Part shown: piece after piece, positions 1 through 9,570 of the stretch
Layout: each line of letters starts with the position of its first letter
Numbering within the stretch: the first letter of the stretch is position 1
Origin: Salisapilia sapeloensis CBS 127946
Taxonomy: Eukaryota; Protista; Oomycota
Length of the DNA stretch: 58,995 nt
Direction of reading: 5' to 3'
Assembly (NCBI GenBank): GCA_023334545.1
Contig: JAADVB010000104.1
Location: 1 to 58,995 of the forward strand
Translations under genes and position numbers: made by a program
The notes under the pieces: model-generated
Told to the model about the DNA's origin: nothing
Database searches by the model: none
What the model saw: the letters and a program-made list of their open reading frames with translations, nothing else

Positions 1-148
1 ATTAACGAGTACATGGACAAGTAGGCTTCTTTGAATCCATCCATAAAGACATCAGCTTCCAGCTCTTACCATGACAAGCGACAGTGAAGCTAGTGTTGGA
101 ACAATGGTGGTATAGAGATAGGTCGTGAAGAACCATCCACTAGTGTAT

Positions 149-2368
149 TTATTGCGCCTTGGAGTTTGTGATATCGCCCTCGAGCTTCTCAATGTACTGC
201 TGCAGCCGCTGTACCTGGTCCGACTGGTCCGACAGGAGCTTCAAAAGGTCATTCTTCTCTCCTTCGAGTCGTTCTGCCATTTGTTTGTACATCTCCGACA
301 CACGAATGGAGCTTTCCACGGACGTCGACGCGATCGATCCACGACGACTACGACCTACACTCGACGTCGTCGATCCTGGCGGCTTCGGGAACCGACCCAG
401 CGACGACCTCCATCCATACTGTGGGTGCGGTGCATCATTCGTCGTTATAGGCATCGAATTTACATCGTGCGACCGAGGTGTCGACGGATACCCGTCACCT
501 GCGCGGTCATAGGACGAATTACGATGATGTGTAGGTGGCTTCGCGGGGCTGCCACCATGCTCTCCACGTGGCGTGTGGATACGATCACTGTAGTAGGATC
601 CTTGGAACGGCGCATGGTAGGAAGGATTGGGTTCAAATCGATCAGTATCCGAGCTATGGTTCGATCCAGCAGACGGACGATGTGCGCCGTCATTCGAGTG
701 GTACGAAGCGGATCGAGAGAACGGGTCTGTGTGCGATCGATACGCTTCAGAGTGATGCAGTTCTCGAGGCGACATCTTTTGCTCTGCGTCCTGACGTCGA
801 TCGTAGTGGTTGTCGTACGCATGTCCGTTCGACGGATGAGCGTACGCGTGGGAAGCAAAGTGGCTGCTAGGTGCGCCAGTAGACTGTCCGAATGACCCGC
901 CGTTCGAGTTCTGCTCATAGTTGTATTGGTTGGTTGGTCTAGACGAGAACGGGTCGGCTGTCGGAGCACCTGCTGGCTCAGCAAATGGAGAAGCAGCTTT
1001 CTCTTCAGCACGATGGCTTGACGCAGATGACGCGAACGGATCATTCGGACCAGAACTTGCAGACTGCTGGATCGCTTCATTAGGATCAGAGCTTGTGGAC
1101 TGCTGGAACGGATCGTTCTGTCCGGAGCTTGCGGATTGCTGAAACGGATCATTTTGGCTGGAGCTTGCGGATTGTTGGAATGGATTGTCTGCTGGGGAAA
1201 CAGCGAATGGGCTCTGCTGTTCAGTGGAGGACGTCCACTGGTTTGCATACTGTTCCTGGTAGTTTGTAGACGTGTCTGCACCATTGTCATAGCTGTAGCT
1301 TTCGTGGTCGGCAGCAGAAGGCTGCTCGTGGTTCCATTCTTGCTGCTCAAACGGAGAAGCTTGATCGGCAGCAGGAGGCTGCTCGTGGTTCCATTCTTGC
1401 TGTTCGAATGGAGAAGCTTCGTTGGCGGCAGGAGGCTGCGCGTGACTCCAGTCTTGCTGTTCGAATGGAGAAGCTTGATCGGCAGCAGGAGGCTGCGCGT
1501 GACTCCAGTCTTGCTGCTCAAACGGAGAAGCTTCGTTGGCGGCAGGAGGCTGCGCGTGACTCCAGTCTTGCTGTTCGAACGGCGAAGCTTGGTCGTTCCC
1601 ATATGAAGCAAACGCATCTCCTGTCGTCTGCGCCTGGTCGCCCACTTGCATATGACTAAAGTCTTCCGCTGTTTCATTCACTTCATCCGTTGCAGCTCCT
1701 GGAGGCGCATCAAACGGTCCAGAGCTCTCGTTTCCATAGTTCTCGACAGATTCTTTCGTAGGAGCATCAAAAGGACTGCTACTGGTAAAATCCGATCTAT
1801 GTGATGTGCTTGACGAAGCGAATGCATCACTTGGCATCGAATCAAACGGTCCAGAGGCCGAATCGTGTTGAGACGAATACGATTGTCGAGAAGCAAATGG
1901 ATCCGTAGAAGCCGCAGGATTCGATTGTGCGAACGGATCTGCTTGGAAAGAAGAGCTGCTGCTAGCAAATAACGAGCCTACATCGCCACCTTCAGTCGGT
2001 TCGCTGTTATGGAACGCTATTGTCTCCCCTTGTGGCTGACTAAACTCTTGTGACGCATTCACAGGAGCGTTATGAGTGGCAAAATCGTCCTGAAAAGGAT
2101 CATCGGCGGCAGCAGAAGACCGCTGCATTTGAAAGAAGGACGCTGCAGGGGGAGGCCCAGTGTCTCCCGAAGCTTGCGACGCTTTGCTATCGTCTGCGAA
2201 CAGGTCCACCGTGTCGTATCCTTGTGGTCCCGAGTCTGCGAGTGCGACGTCGTCTAGATTGTGTGATTGCGACGCAGCTTGTGCTTGTCTCCTATCGTGG
2301 TCCCAATTGGCACCATTCATGGCGTTTGAGTCCTCTCCCTCGACAAAGTGCTGTAAGATTCTGTTCAT
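149..2368 (-). CDS. Low-complexity Ser/Gln/Asp-rich protein with 8 DPF motifs, 1 NPF, internal tandem repeats and a C-terminal coiled coil (possible trafficking accessory protein)
   Basis: 739-aa ORF. Repeated DPF/SPF/GPF motifs; heptad-like end (EMYKQMAERLEGEKNDLLKLLSDQSDQVQRLQQYIEKLEG). The start is uncertain (ATG 2368, the next ATG, or an upstream exon). Confidence 0.75.
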   Translation of the reverse strand: MNRILQHFVEGEDSNAMNGANWDHDRRQAQAASQSHNLDDVALADSGPQGYDTVDLFADDSKASQASGDTGPPPAASFFQMQRSSAAADDPFQDDFATHNAPVNASQEFSQPQGETIAFHNSEPTEGGDVGSLFASSSSSFQADPFAQSNPAASTDPFASRQSYSSQHDSASGPFDSMPSDAFASSSTSHRSDFTSSSPFDAPTKESVENYGNESSGPFDAPPGAATDEVNETAEDFSHMQVGDQAQTTGDAFASYGNDQASPFEQQDWSHAQPPAANEASPFEQQDWSHAQPPAADQASPFEQQDWSHAQPPAANEASPFEQQEWNHEQPPAADQASPFEQQEWNHEQPSAADHESYSYDNGADTSTNYQEQYANQWTSSTEQQSPFAVSPADNPFQQSASSSQNDPFQQSASSGQNDPFQQSTSSDPNEAIQQSASSGPNDPFASSASSHRAEEKAASPFAEPAGAPTADPFSSRPTNQYNYEQNSNGGSFGQSTGAPSSHFASHAYAHPSNGHAYDNHYDRRQDAEQKMSPRELHHSEAYRSHTDPFSRSASYHSNDGAHRPSAGSNHSSDTDRFEPNPSYHAPFQGSYYSDRIHTPRGEHGGSPAKPPTHHRNSSYDRAGDGYPSTPRSHDVNSMPITTNDAPHPQYGWRSSLGRFPKPPGSTTSSVGRSRRGSIASTSVESSIRVSEMYKQMAERLEGEKNDLLKLLSDQSDQVQRLQQYIEKLEGDITNSKAQ
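1020..1190 (-). repeat. Coding 36-bp degenerate tandem repeat, 4-5 copies (NDPFQQSASSGQ-like)
   Basis: Translation reads NPFQQSASSSQ NDPFQQSASSGQ NDPFQQSTSSDP NEAIQQSASSGP NDPF. Confidence 0.85.
1298..1597 (-). repeat. Coding 57-bp tandem repeat, about 5 copies (19 aa: [DQ/NE]ASPFEQQ[D/E]W[S/N]H[A/E]QPPAA)
   Basis: The 57-nt period is directly visible in the lines from 1321 to 1561; units alternate DQ/NE. Confidence 0.95.
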
Positions 2369-2710
2369 GCGTCAACACGATACTCTTCGTCCTCGCAGCT
2401 CGTCGCGTATGTACGTTCAGACAGGACTATCGGCGCCGATCAATTCAAGACTCTCCTTCCCTCCTTTAATGCCTTCGATCCCAAGGCACCTCCTGTCTTA
2501 TAATAAAAACATCCTTTATACTTGCTATTTATATGCGTGGTAGAAGACGATTGATAGCTCTGTCTTGCATAACATACGACATACCTCCATCAAGAGTATG
2601 TATTGATCAAGTCATTTGCATGCATCTAGTATGCTTCTACTCGTAAAAAAACAAAGTGCTATGTATTTGTCTCTGCATCAAGAGTTCAAAAGATGTCTGT
2701 CCGTTCGTAC

Positions 2711-4381
2711 CTACCCCAGCGCGCCATTGGTCATCATAAAGTCGCAAAAATCAACAAACAAGTAGCGTGTCCAGAGGTAGATGGCTGTGGCTAAGAAAAT
2801 CGAGATCGGAAGTGCCGGGAGCGACTTGTGGAGCACAGACAAGAGGAACAGCGTGCCTCCGAGTCCCATAATAATGCACAAGAAGGTCGTGACAAACGTC
2901 GAAAAGTCGTACATGGCTGAGCGACCGACGAGGACAGAGTAAAAGATAAAGTCGCCTAGACCGAGCTTGATCGTCTTGTCCTCCTCCTCTTCTTGCTGTC
3001 GTTCGCGACGACGTCGCTGTCGACGTACTTGGACAGGACATGGAATCTCCATCGTACAGGAACACACTTGGTACTTGTGGAAGATGAGGATCCACAGTCG
3101 GTCTTGGTCTTCAAAGAACTTTTCCGCCACTTGCGGAGCCTTCCACACGTCTTCAGGGCTGAAGATGCGGTAAAACTTCTCCAAGAGCTCCACGAGCGCA
3201 TCGAAAGTATCACACTGGTAAGTGGTAAAGTCCGATTCCGCTACATTCCGCGGTCGATCCGTATGCTCCACTGACTGCAATTCCTGTTCCCTCCGCTGCT
3301 TGTCCTCCACCTCTCGTGGTTGCGTGGCAGGGGCTTCACTGCTAGCTCCAATGTGATCCGACACGACAGGTCTGTTCTGGGCCTGTGGTGGCGGTGCAGA
3401 ACGCTGCTGAGAGTGACTAGAACTCGACTGGACGTTCGTCCTGGATGGTGGTGCCGGACGCTCCGCTGGACGATTGTTCTGCTGATTCGTGACGCCGTCG
3501 CGGATGTCTGCTTCGTACAAGAGACCTGGGAGAGGTGCATTCTTCTCCTGGATGAGCTGAAGCAGCCATTTCAGCGGTCCGCAAGGCGTCAGGACAGCAC
3601 AGAGATCGTAGCAGGCAAACATGACACAAAAGACGAGCGTCGTCCACATGGGCCACATGGAAAACTCCCATGCCAAGATGACACTCACGGCGACTAGATA
3701 TGCATTCTGAATAAATCGAGGCGTTCCCTTCTGATAGAAAATCGAAATGACGCCGACGACACCAAAGTTGAGCATGACAAAGACAAAGCTAATCCAGTCG
3801 ACGGGCCAATTGAACTGATCGGACAAGACAGAATCCATGAGCTGTCCACCGACGAAACTCAGAATCGCCGTCGCGGCGAACATGATGTATCCGGCGAGGA
3901 ACTTCATGCAATTAAACTTATACAGGAGCGCCATGCCGAAGGTGAGGATGGCGATGGCACCGATGATCACGAGAGCATTCACTAGAGACATACCAATACC
4001 AGCAGCTCCACCGTTCGTCTCCGAGTTCCCGTACACGAGGTAAGTCTGCATCGATGCCTCGACACTCGAGTTTCGGTAATTGACCACGACGAGACTTGAC
4101 GCGACCATCGTCACGCAGACAGGGAAAACCAATGCCCAGAAAGAGTTGATTCCGTGCATCAGATCATCTGAAGACCCTTCCTCTTGCTGTTCCTGCCCGG
4201 CGTCACCGTCATTGGCTTCCTGCGCACCTGCTTGTGCTCGTTCCGCATCCTCTTCACTATGACTCGGTGTACGCATCTTATCGTAGTCGTTGGAATTAGC
4301 TACACCGTCATCCCCCACTCCTTCATACGGATGTTGCTCATCGGACCGAGAGGAACTCGTCTCCTGGGACTCCCGTGGCAT
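2711..4381 (-). CDS. PSEN: Presenilin (gamma-secretase catalytic subunit, A22A aspartyl protease)
   Basis: Multiple TM helices, YDLCAVL (Asp1), KLGLGDFIFYS (GxGD) and PALP motifs. Intronless; likely ATG at 4381 (MPRESQ). Confidence 0.95.
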   Translation of the reverse strand: MPRESQETSSSRSDEQHPYEGVGDDGVANSNDYDKMRTPSHSEEDAERAQAGAQEANDGDAGQEQQEEGSSDDLMHGINSFWALVFPVCVTMVASSLVVVNYRNSSVEASMQTYLVYGNSETNGGAAGIGMSLVNALVIIGAIAILTFGMALLYKFNCMKFLAGYIMFAATAILSFVGGQLMDSVLSDQFNWPVDWISFVFVMLNFGVVGVISIFYQKGTPRFIQNAYLVAVSVILAWEFSMWPMWTTLVFCVMFACYDLCAVLTPCGPLKWLLQLIQEKNAPLPGLLYEADIRDGVTNQQNNRPAERPAPPSRTNVQSSSSHSQQRSAPPPQAQNRPVVSDHIGASSEAPATQPREVEDKQRREQELQSVEHTDRPRNVAESDFTTYQCDTFDALVELLEKFYRIFSPEDVWKAPQVAEKFFEDQDRLWILIFHKYQVCSCTMEIPCPVQVRRQRRRRERQQEEEEDKTIKLGLGDFIFYSVLVGRSAMYDFSTFVTTFLCIIMGLGGTLFLLSVLHKSLPALPISIFLATAIYLWTRYLFVDFCDFMMTNGALG

Positions 4382-4558
4382 CGCAGCAGGTCTAGCAAGT
4401 ATATAACCTGGCTTCTTTCCCGTTTCACCTTTTGTCTGGGATAAAGTATCCAGACAATACACGCGATCAAGTACGAATACACGTATCTAGCTAGATCTTC
4501 CTATAAACAAGCTATACCGAAACGACCAAGATTCATGTGGATGCACTTGCTTTATCAG

Positions 4559-6313
4559 TTATTCCACTCGCCCTTCGACTTTACTCAGTCCGTCGAGTGC
4601 CGCGACTCGATATGCCTCGGCTAACGTTGGGTAGTTGAAGACGGACGTTTGGAAGTAATCGAGTGTCCCGCCCATGGACATGACGACCTGCCCAATGTGG
4701 ATGATCTCCGTCGCACCTTCGCCAATGGCGTGGACACCTAGGAGCTTGAGTGTCTTGGGACAGAAGAGGATCTTGAGGAAGCCAGCGACGCCTCCGAGCA
4801 TCTGTCCTTTCGCTAGCTCCTCGTATCGAGCGATACCGACTTCATACGGAATGCATTCACTCGTCAACTGCTGCTCGTTCTTGCCGACCATACTAATCGC
4901 TGGGATCGTGTAGATACCATACGGGTAAAGATCTCCTGACCGCATACGCGTGTGCTGAAAGTCCGGATCACGTTGCGTACCATCGTCCGAACGCTGCTTG
5001 TTCGTCGGTCTAGAAGTACGCATGTGGACGGACACCAGTCTCCCTTGCTCCATCGACGTTGATGCTAGTGCAGGGAAACCGATACAGTCCCCAGCAGCAT
5101 AAATGTGCGGCACTGTCGTCTGGAAGTTGTCATCTACTTTCAACAGACCTCGCTTATCTGCTTCGATACCGACTGCCTCCAGGTTCAGTCCCTTTGTATT
5201 GCCCTGACGACCTAAAGTATATAACAATGCATCTCCAACGACTGTCTTGCCACTGTTGAGCTCGACATGGACTTCCCCATCCTTCTTCTCAACGCTTTTA
5301 ATCACTTCTTCAAGATAGAAGCGAGTGCCGACGTGCCGCATGGCGTAGGAAAGAGCTTCCGTTACTTCCTTGTCGGCCATGTCCAGGATCTCTCGACGAG
5401 GATCGATAACCGTCACTTCTGTGCCCGGTACGATCGCCAACATAGAAGCGTATTCCATGCCGATGACGCCTGCGCCAGCCACAATTAGCCGCTTCGGGAC
5501 GGTCTTGATGCCACCCCACAGGATCTGGTCACTGTCAAAGATCGTTTCACCATCGAATGGAATGTCATCGCGACGGGCAGGGTGCGTGCCGACCGAAATG
5601 AGATAGTTATCGGCCGTCAACACGCGCTTGCAGACGTCGGCGTTGTAGTGGCGAGTGGCGTCCGTGGCGGCTGCATCCTTGGTATCATTCGAGAGCACGG
5701 CGACAGTCTTCTTATCTGGAGTTGGGAGGAAGCGAGCGGTACCAGTGATCAACTCGACACCATTACGAAGGAGCTGGTTGCGGGTGACGTCCATCTCTGC
5801 ATCTTCCACCTGCTTGACGCGCTCTAGAATGTCTTCGACGCCGAATTTCTTGAAAGGAACGGACTGACCGTGGTAGAAACTCCGGTGCCGATGCGCTGTG
5901 AAGTGCAGCACAGCCTCTCGGAACGTCTGCATGCGAGAATAAGTCGTTAGAGACGCCATATTTTATATGAATTGCTATAGGAGGCGTGAAAGTACCTTGG
6001 ACGGAATAGTTCCTGTGTGTGTGCATACACCTCCGATCATATCACGCTTGTCAATTAGAGCGACGGATTTTCCGTCCTTGACATGATCGATGGCACACTT
6101 TTGTCCGGCAGGTCCGGACCCGATGACAATCAAATCGAAATGCTCGCTCGCTTTAAGGCCTTGTAGCAGATCACTCAATGGCTTCACAGGGTCCGCAGTT
6201 GACTCATGACTAGTATCCGAGGTAGAGAACTGAGCAAGGTAAGGAGAACGTCTCGCAGCGATCGACTGCAGCGCTAGGCGGCGACGACCGAGTTGTCGGA
6301 GTGCGACAGCCAT
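4559..6313 (-). CDS. sthA: Soluble pyridine nucleotide transhydrogenase (SthA/UdhA-type flavoprotein) with a mitochondrial-type presequence
   Basis: GSGPAG FAD motif; [13 protein letters not shown] (CxxxxT, not CxxxxC); GAGVIG; C-terminal [17 protein letters not shown] (Tyr in place of the catalytic His of DLD). One GT-AG intron at 5927-5995 joins GTIPSK|TFREAV. Confidence 0.9.
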
Positions 6314-6635
6314 CCTTCGAAATTGTGGGCTTGATGTCCATCCGCAGACATACTTTATCCAAGTGAATTATTTTTGAAGTTGGCCCATCAAAGTATCTCG
6401 CCGACTCTGTTCTATATCGATTGTGTATGTCTTTTACAGCCGAATACTCCTATGGACGTCTAGTACAGTTCAATTCTCTACCAAATGCAAACATCTTATA
6501 TCTAGCGATTATATAGCTTCTACGAATATTTCCCTACATATACCAACACTACATACGCCTCGTGCCGAGCTAATTCAACCTCGGTAATGTCCACGATCGA
6601 GCGAAGTGGGAAAGTAGGTAAGGGTGTTGTCGTCC

Positions 6636-6648
6636 GTGACGTCACGTG
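6636..6648. promoter_or_regulatory. Perfect CRE-like palindrome GTGACGTCAC overlapping a G-box CACGTG
   Basis: Sequence gtgacgtcacgtg lies in the divergent sthA / RRM-gene intergenic region. Function is inferred only. Confidence 0.3.
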
Positions 6649-7354
6649 GCGACGAGGCATTCCGCTCTTCGACAGCCTTGCTTTTCGTAACGGTAGTAAA
6701 GCCCATGAACATGAATGGTCTTTCCTAGAAGTAGCAAGGCAGATTCATACTTTCAGTTAAACAGCGAGTATGCTAGAGACAGACAGACGTTTCGATCATC
6801 GAGCGAGTACGTCCGTGCACAACCGAGTGTGGCTGTCGATGTTCATAAGCATAAAGTCGTAACGAAATGCACGTTACTTTCTTTCCATTTTAATACGCAC
6901 TCTAGCTACGCCCTCTACCCGTCGACAGTCCCGAGCGAGACCTCGGCCGGACGATTCAGTTTGAAGTCGCGTTTTCGCGTGTTTTCCTTTTCATCCAATC
7001 CTGTCATCCGACGATATATTACTACCAATCACCACTAGTCTGTCGTCGTACAAACTGACCCTCATACAAAAGAACGCGACATAAGTCGAAGAAGCACTCG
7101 CCTCCCTCCTTCTTCCCCGAGTAACTGGAAGTATTTCCAACTTGCAGGCCAGTTCCTTTGTAAACGTCACATTCGGGAAATACCACCTTGCCATCAAGTC
7201 CGGAGGTTCCAAGTGCACTTTAGACGACGAGACCACCGTCTTTCCGGAACGCTGACTCTGTCTAGCGCCGCTTATTCCACCACATCACGCGTGCGATTAT
7301 TCCTAGATAAAACTACTGTAAACTTTCTCTACTGCGATACCTGTGTATTTCATC

Positions 7355-9388
7355 ATGACAGAAGCATCACCAAAACTCGGGTACGTCTTTGTCTATCTCT
7401 GCCGTCTTCACCCTATAAACTCGTCGCTCACATCATGACGCACTAGAAAAATCTTTATCGGAGGACTCTCGTACGAAACTACTGACGGTAATCCACCACT
7501 CCTTTCAACACACCTCATCTACGGTCTTTCTTGTCTCCACGACGGTACTCATATCGACTCACATAGATAAATTACGAGCGTACTTTAGCGCCTATGGGTC
7601 CGTCACGGACGCTGTCGTCATGAAAGACCCGATCTCGAGGCGATCTCGAGGCTTTGGCTTCATCACGTACGCCGACCCAACCTGTGTGGACCGTGCGTTG
7701 GCACAATCCAACCACGTCTTAGACAATCGAAGGGTACTTTCGTACATTTCTAGCTACGTATCCTGAAAAGTAACCTAGGTTGCTAGGTGGAAGCCAAGCG
7801 CGCTGTGCCTCGTGCCGACAGCGCGCGTGAACTTAGCAACAGCGGTGTACGTGCCAACGGAAGCTCGCTCACGAGCGTCAGCTCGTCCAACTCGATCGGT
7901 GCGACGAAAAAGATTTTTGTCGGTGGTCTCCACTACGAAACAAAAGATGGTACGGTCGCCTATATAGCTCAGGTCTTGTGTAAAGGGACTCATATGATGC
8001 TTCAATAGTGGACTTTAAGGACTACTTTGCGCAATATGGCAAAGTCGTGTCGGCTGAAGTCATGTTCAATCGGGAAACGAACAAGTCACGCGGCTTTGGC
8101 TTTGTCGTCTTCGAGTCCGAAGCCAGTGTTGAGCAAGTGTTACTGGACCAAAACCATGTCATTGACGGCAAATCCGTACATACTCCCCTTTAATTCCTCT
8201 CTACAAAGCAAATACTTATGCTACTCGTAGGTGGAAGTGAAGAGAGCGGTACCTCGCACCGACATTCCTCCTCCACGCTCTGCATCGTCCAGAACAGGCT
8301 CTTTCAACGGCACCACCGGCCCTGGTTCCGTCGGTAGCATCGATGACGCCAGCATCGGCTCTGCTCCATCGACGCCGATCACACCTTCTGGCGGGAGTTT
8401 CTCCAATGGAAGCCACATGATGGAAGGCCGCAGTCTCCCTTCTCCTGGTAGCAACGGCATCGTCGGCGGATACGCTGCTGCTGTCCGCTACGGCAACCGA
8501 CCTCTTCCAAAAGGACCTCCGCTGTCCTCTCCAGCAGGCTTCCTGAGCGATACCAATGCGCTGGGCGAGTCCCTGTCCAGTCTGTCTCTTGGCGATCGCG
8601 CCTCATCCTCCAGAGGCTCCAGCCAACGCCTATACGCTGCATCTCCTACGACAGGCAGGTCCAATCGCTCGTCTCCTCTCCACGTCGCGACGTCTTCCAG
8701 CGCCATGGACACGGATCCTGTCATGGAGCAATGGAAGCTGTCACCTTCTGCTCCACCGCAACCGTCATCAGACATTCCGTCGCTCTTCTCTTCCTCCGAG
8801 CCGTCTACCTACCTGCCTCAAGGACTCGTAAGCAACGAGGATTCGTGGCAACGGTCGCCATGGAGTCAACCTTGGAGCAACGAAGCGGCTGATCAAGACC
8901 AGTTCTCGCTGGACTCTGACTTGCGTCCACCTAGGTCCACCTCCTCCGATACGCCAGCTTACTTTTCAGCCTTTTCCAATGGCAGCGGTCGATCCGCCAG
9001 CATGCCGATCGGGCAGAATGCGTGGGCTCCATCGAGCTATCATGACAAGAGCTCGAGCTCTGGTGCGTTTGGAAGTGGTGTGATGGGTATGAGCATGTCA
9101 CTACCAGTGGACCATAGTCTGATGGAACCTGGCGAGCACGGCTTCAGCAGCAGCGGACGCCTGGAGAAGCATGCATTTGGTCGAGGCGCGTCCATGACGT
9201 TGGATAGCAGCGGGTCGTACGGATCGCTCCAAGGTTTCCTCGAGCCAGAGTACTTTCCATCGTCGACTGACGGAAGTCGACAGTTGGAGGATCGTCCGAA
9301 ACAAATGCCTGCGACGGGAGATGCTGGTGATGCGCTCGACTTCCTTCGACGTTCGCGAGACGACGACTTCCAGCAGCAGTTCAGGTAG
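7355..9388 (+). CDS. Two-RRM RNA-binding protein (Musashi/DAZAP1/Hrp1/hnRNP A-like) with a long Ser/Gly-rich tail
   Basis: Spliced MTEASPKLG|KIFIGGLSYETTD|...RSRGFGFITY...|VEAKRAVPR...KIFVGGLHYETKD|...KSRGFGFVVF...|VEVKRAVPR. Introns at 7381-7446, 7488-7566, 7734-7786, 7950-8008 and 8176-8230. Confidence 0.92.
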
Positions 9389-9570
9389 ATTCGGACGTTG
9401 GATCTCTTTTCTCGTTGCTTGTGCAAGTGGCAGCGGATGAATGTACTGGTAGGATAGACAATAGTGCGTACGAGTTTGTGCGAGAAGTAGGTAGCTCGAG
9501 TAGACAAACATGGAGGCTTGTTGACATCATGAGTGGTACGCTTGAGGTACTTGTCTTCTCAGATCGCACG

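Noticed and set aside
1-24. Possible 3' end of an upstream plus-strand CDS (INEYMDK*)
   Set aside because: Too short to support from this window.
125-895. 256-aa plus-strand Arg-rich ORF
   Set aside because: Antisense to the Ser/Asp/His-rich part of the 149-2368 gene; its composition is explained by the opposite strand.
1298-1597. Regularly spaced repeats as a possible CRISPR array
   Set aside because: Contiguous 57-bp in-frame tandem units with no unique spacers, no cas genes and a eukaryotic context.
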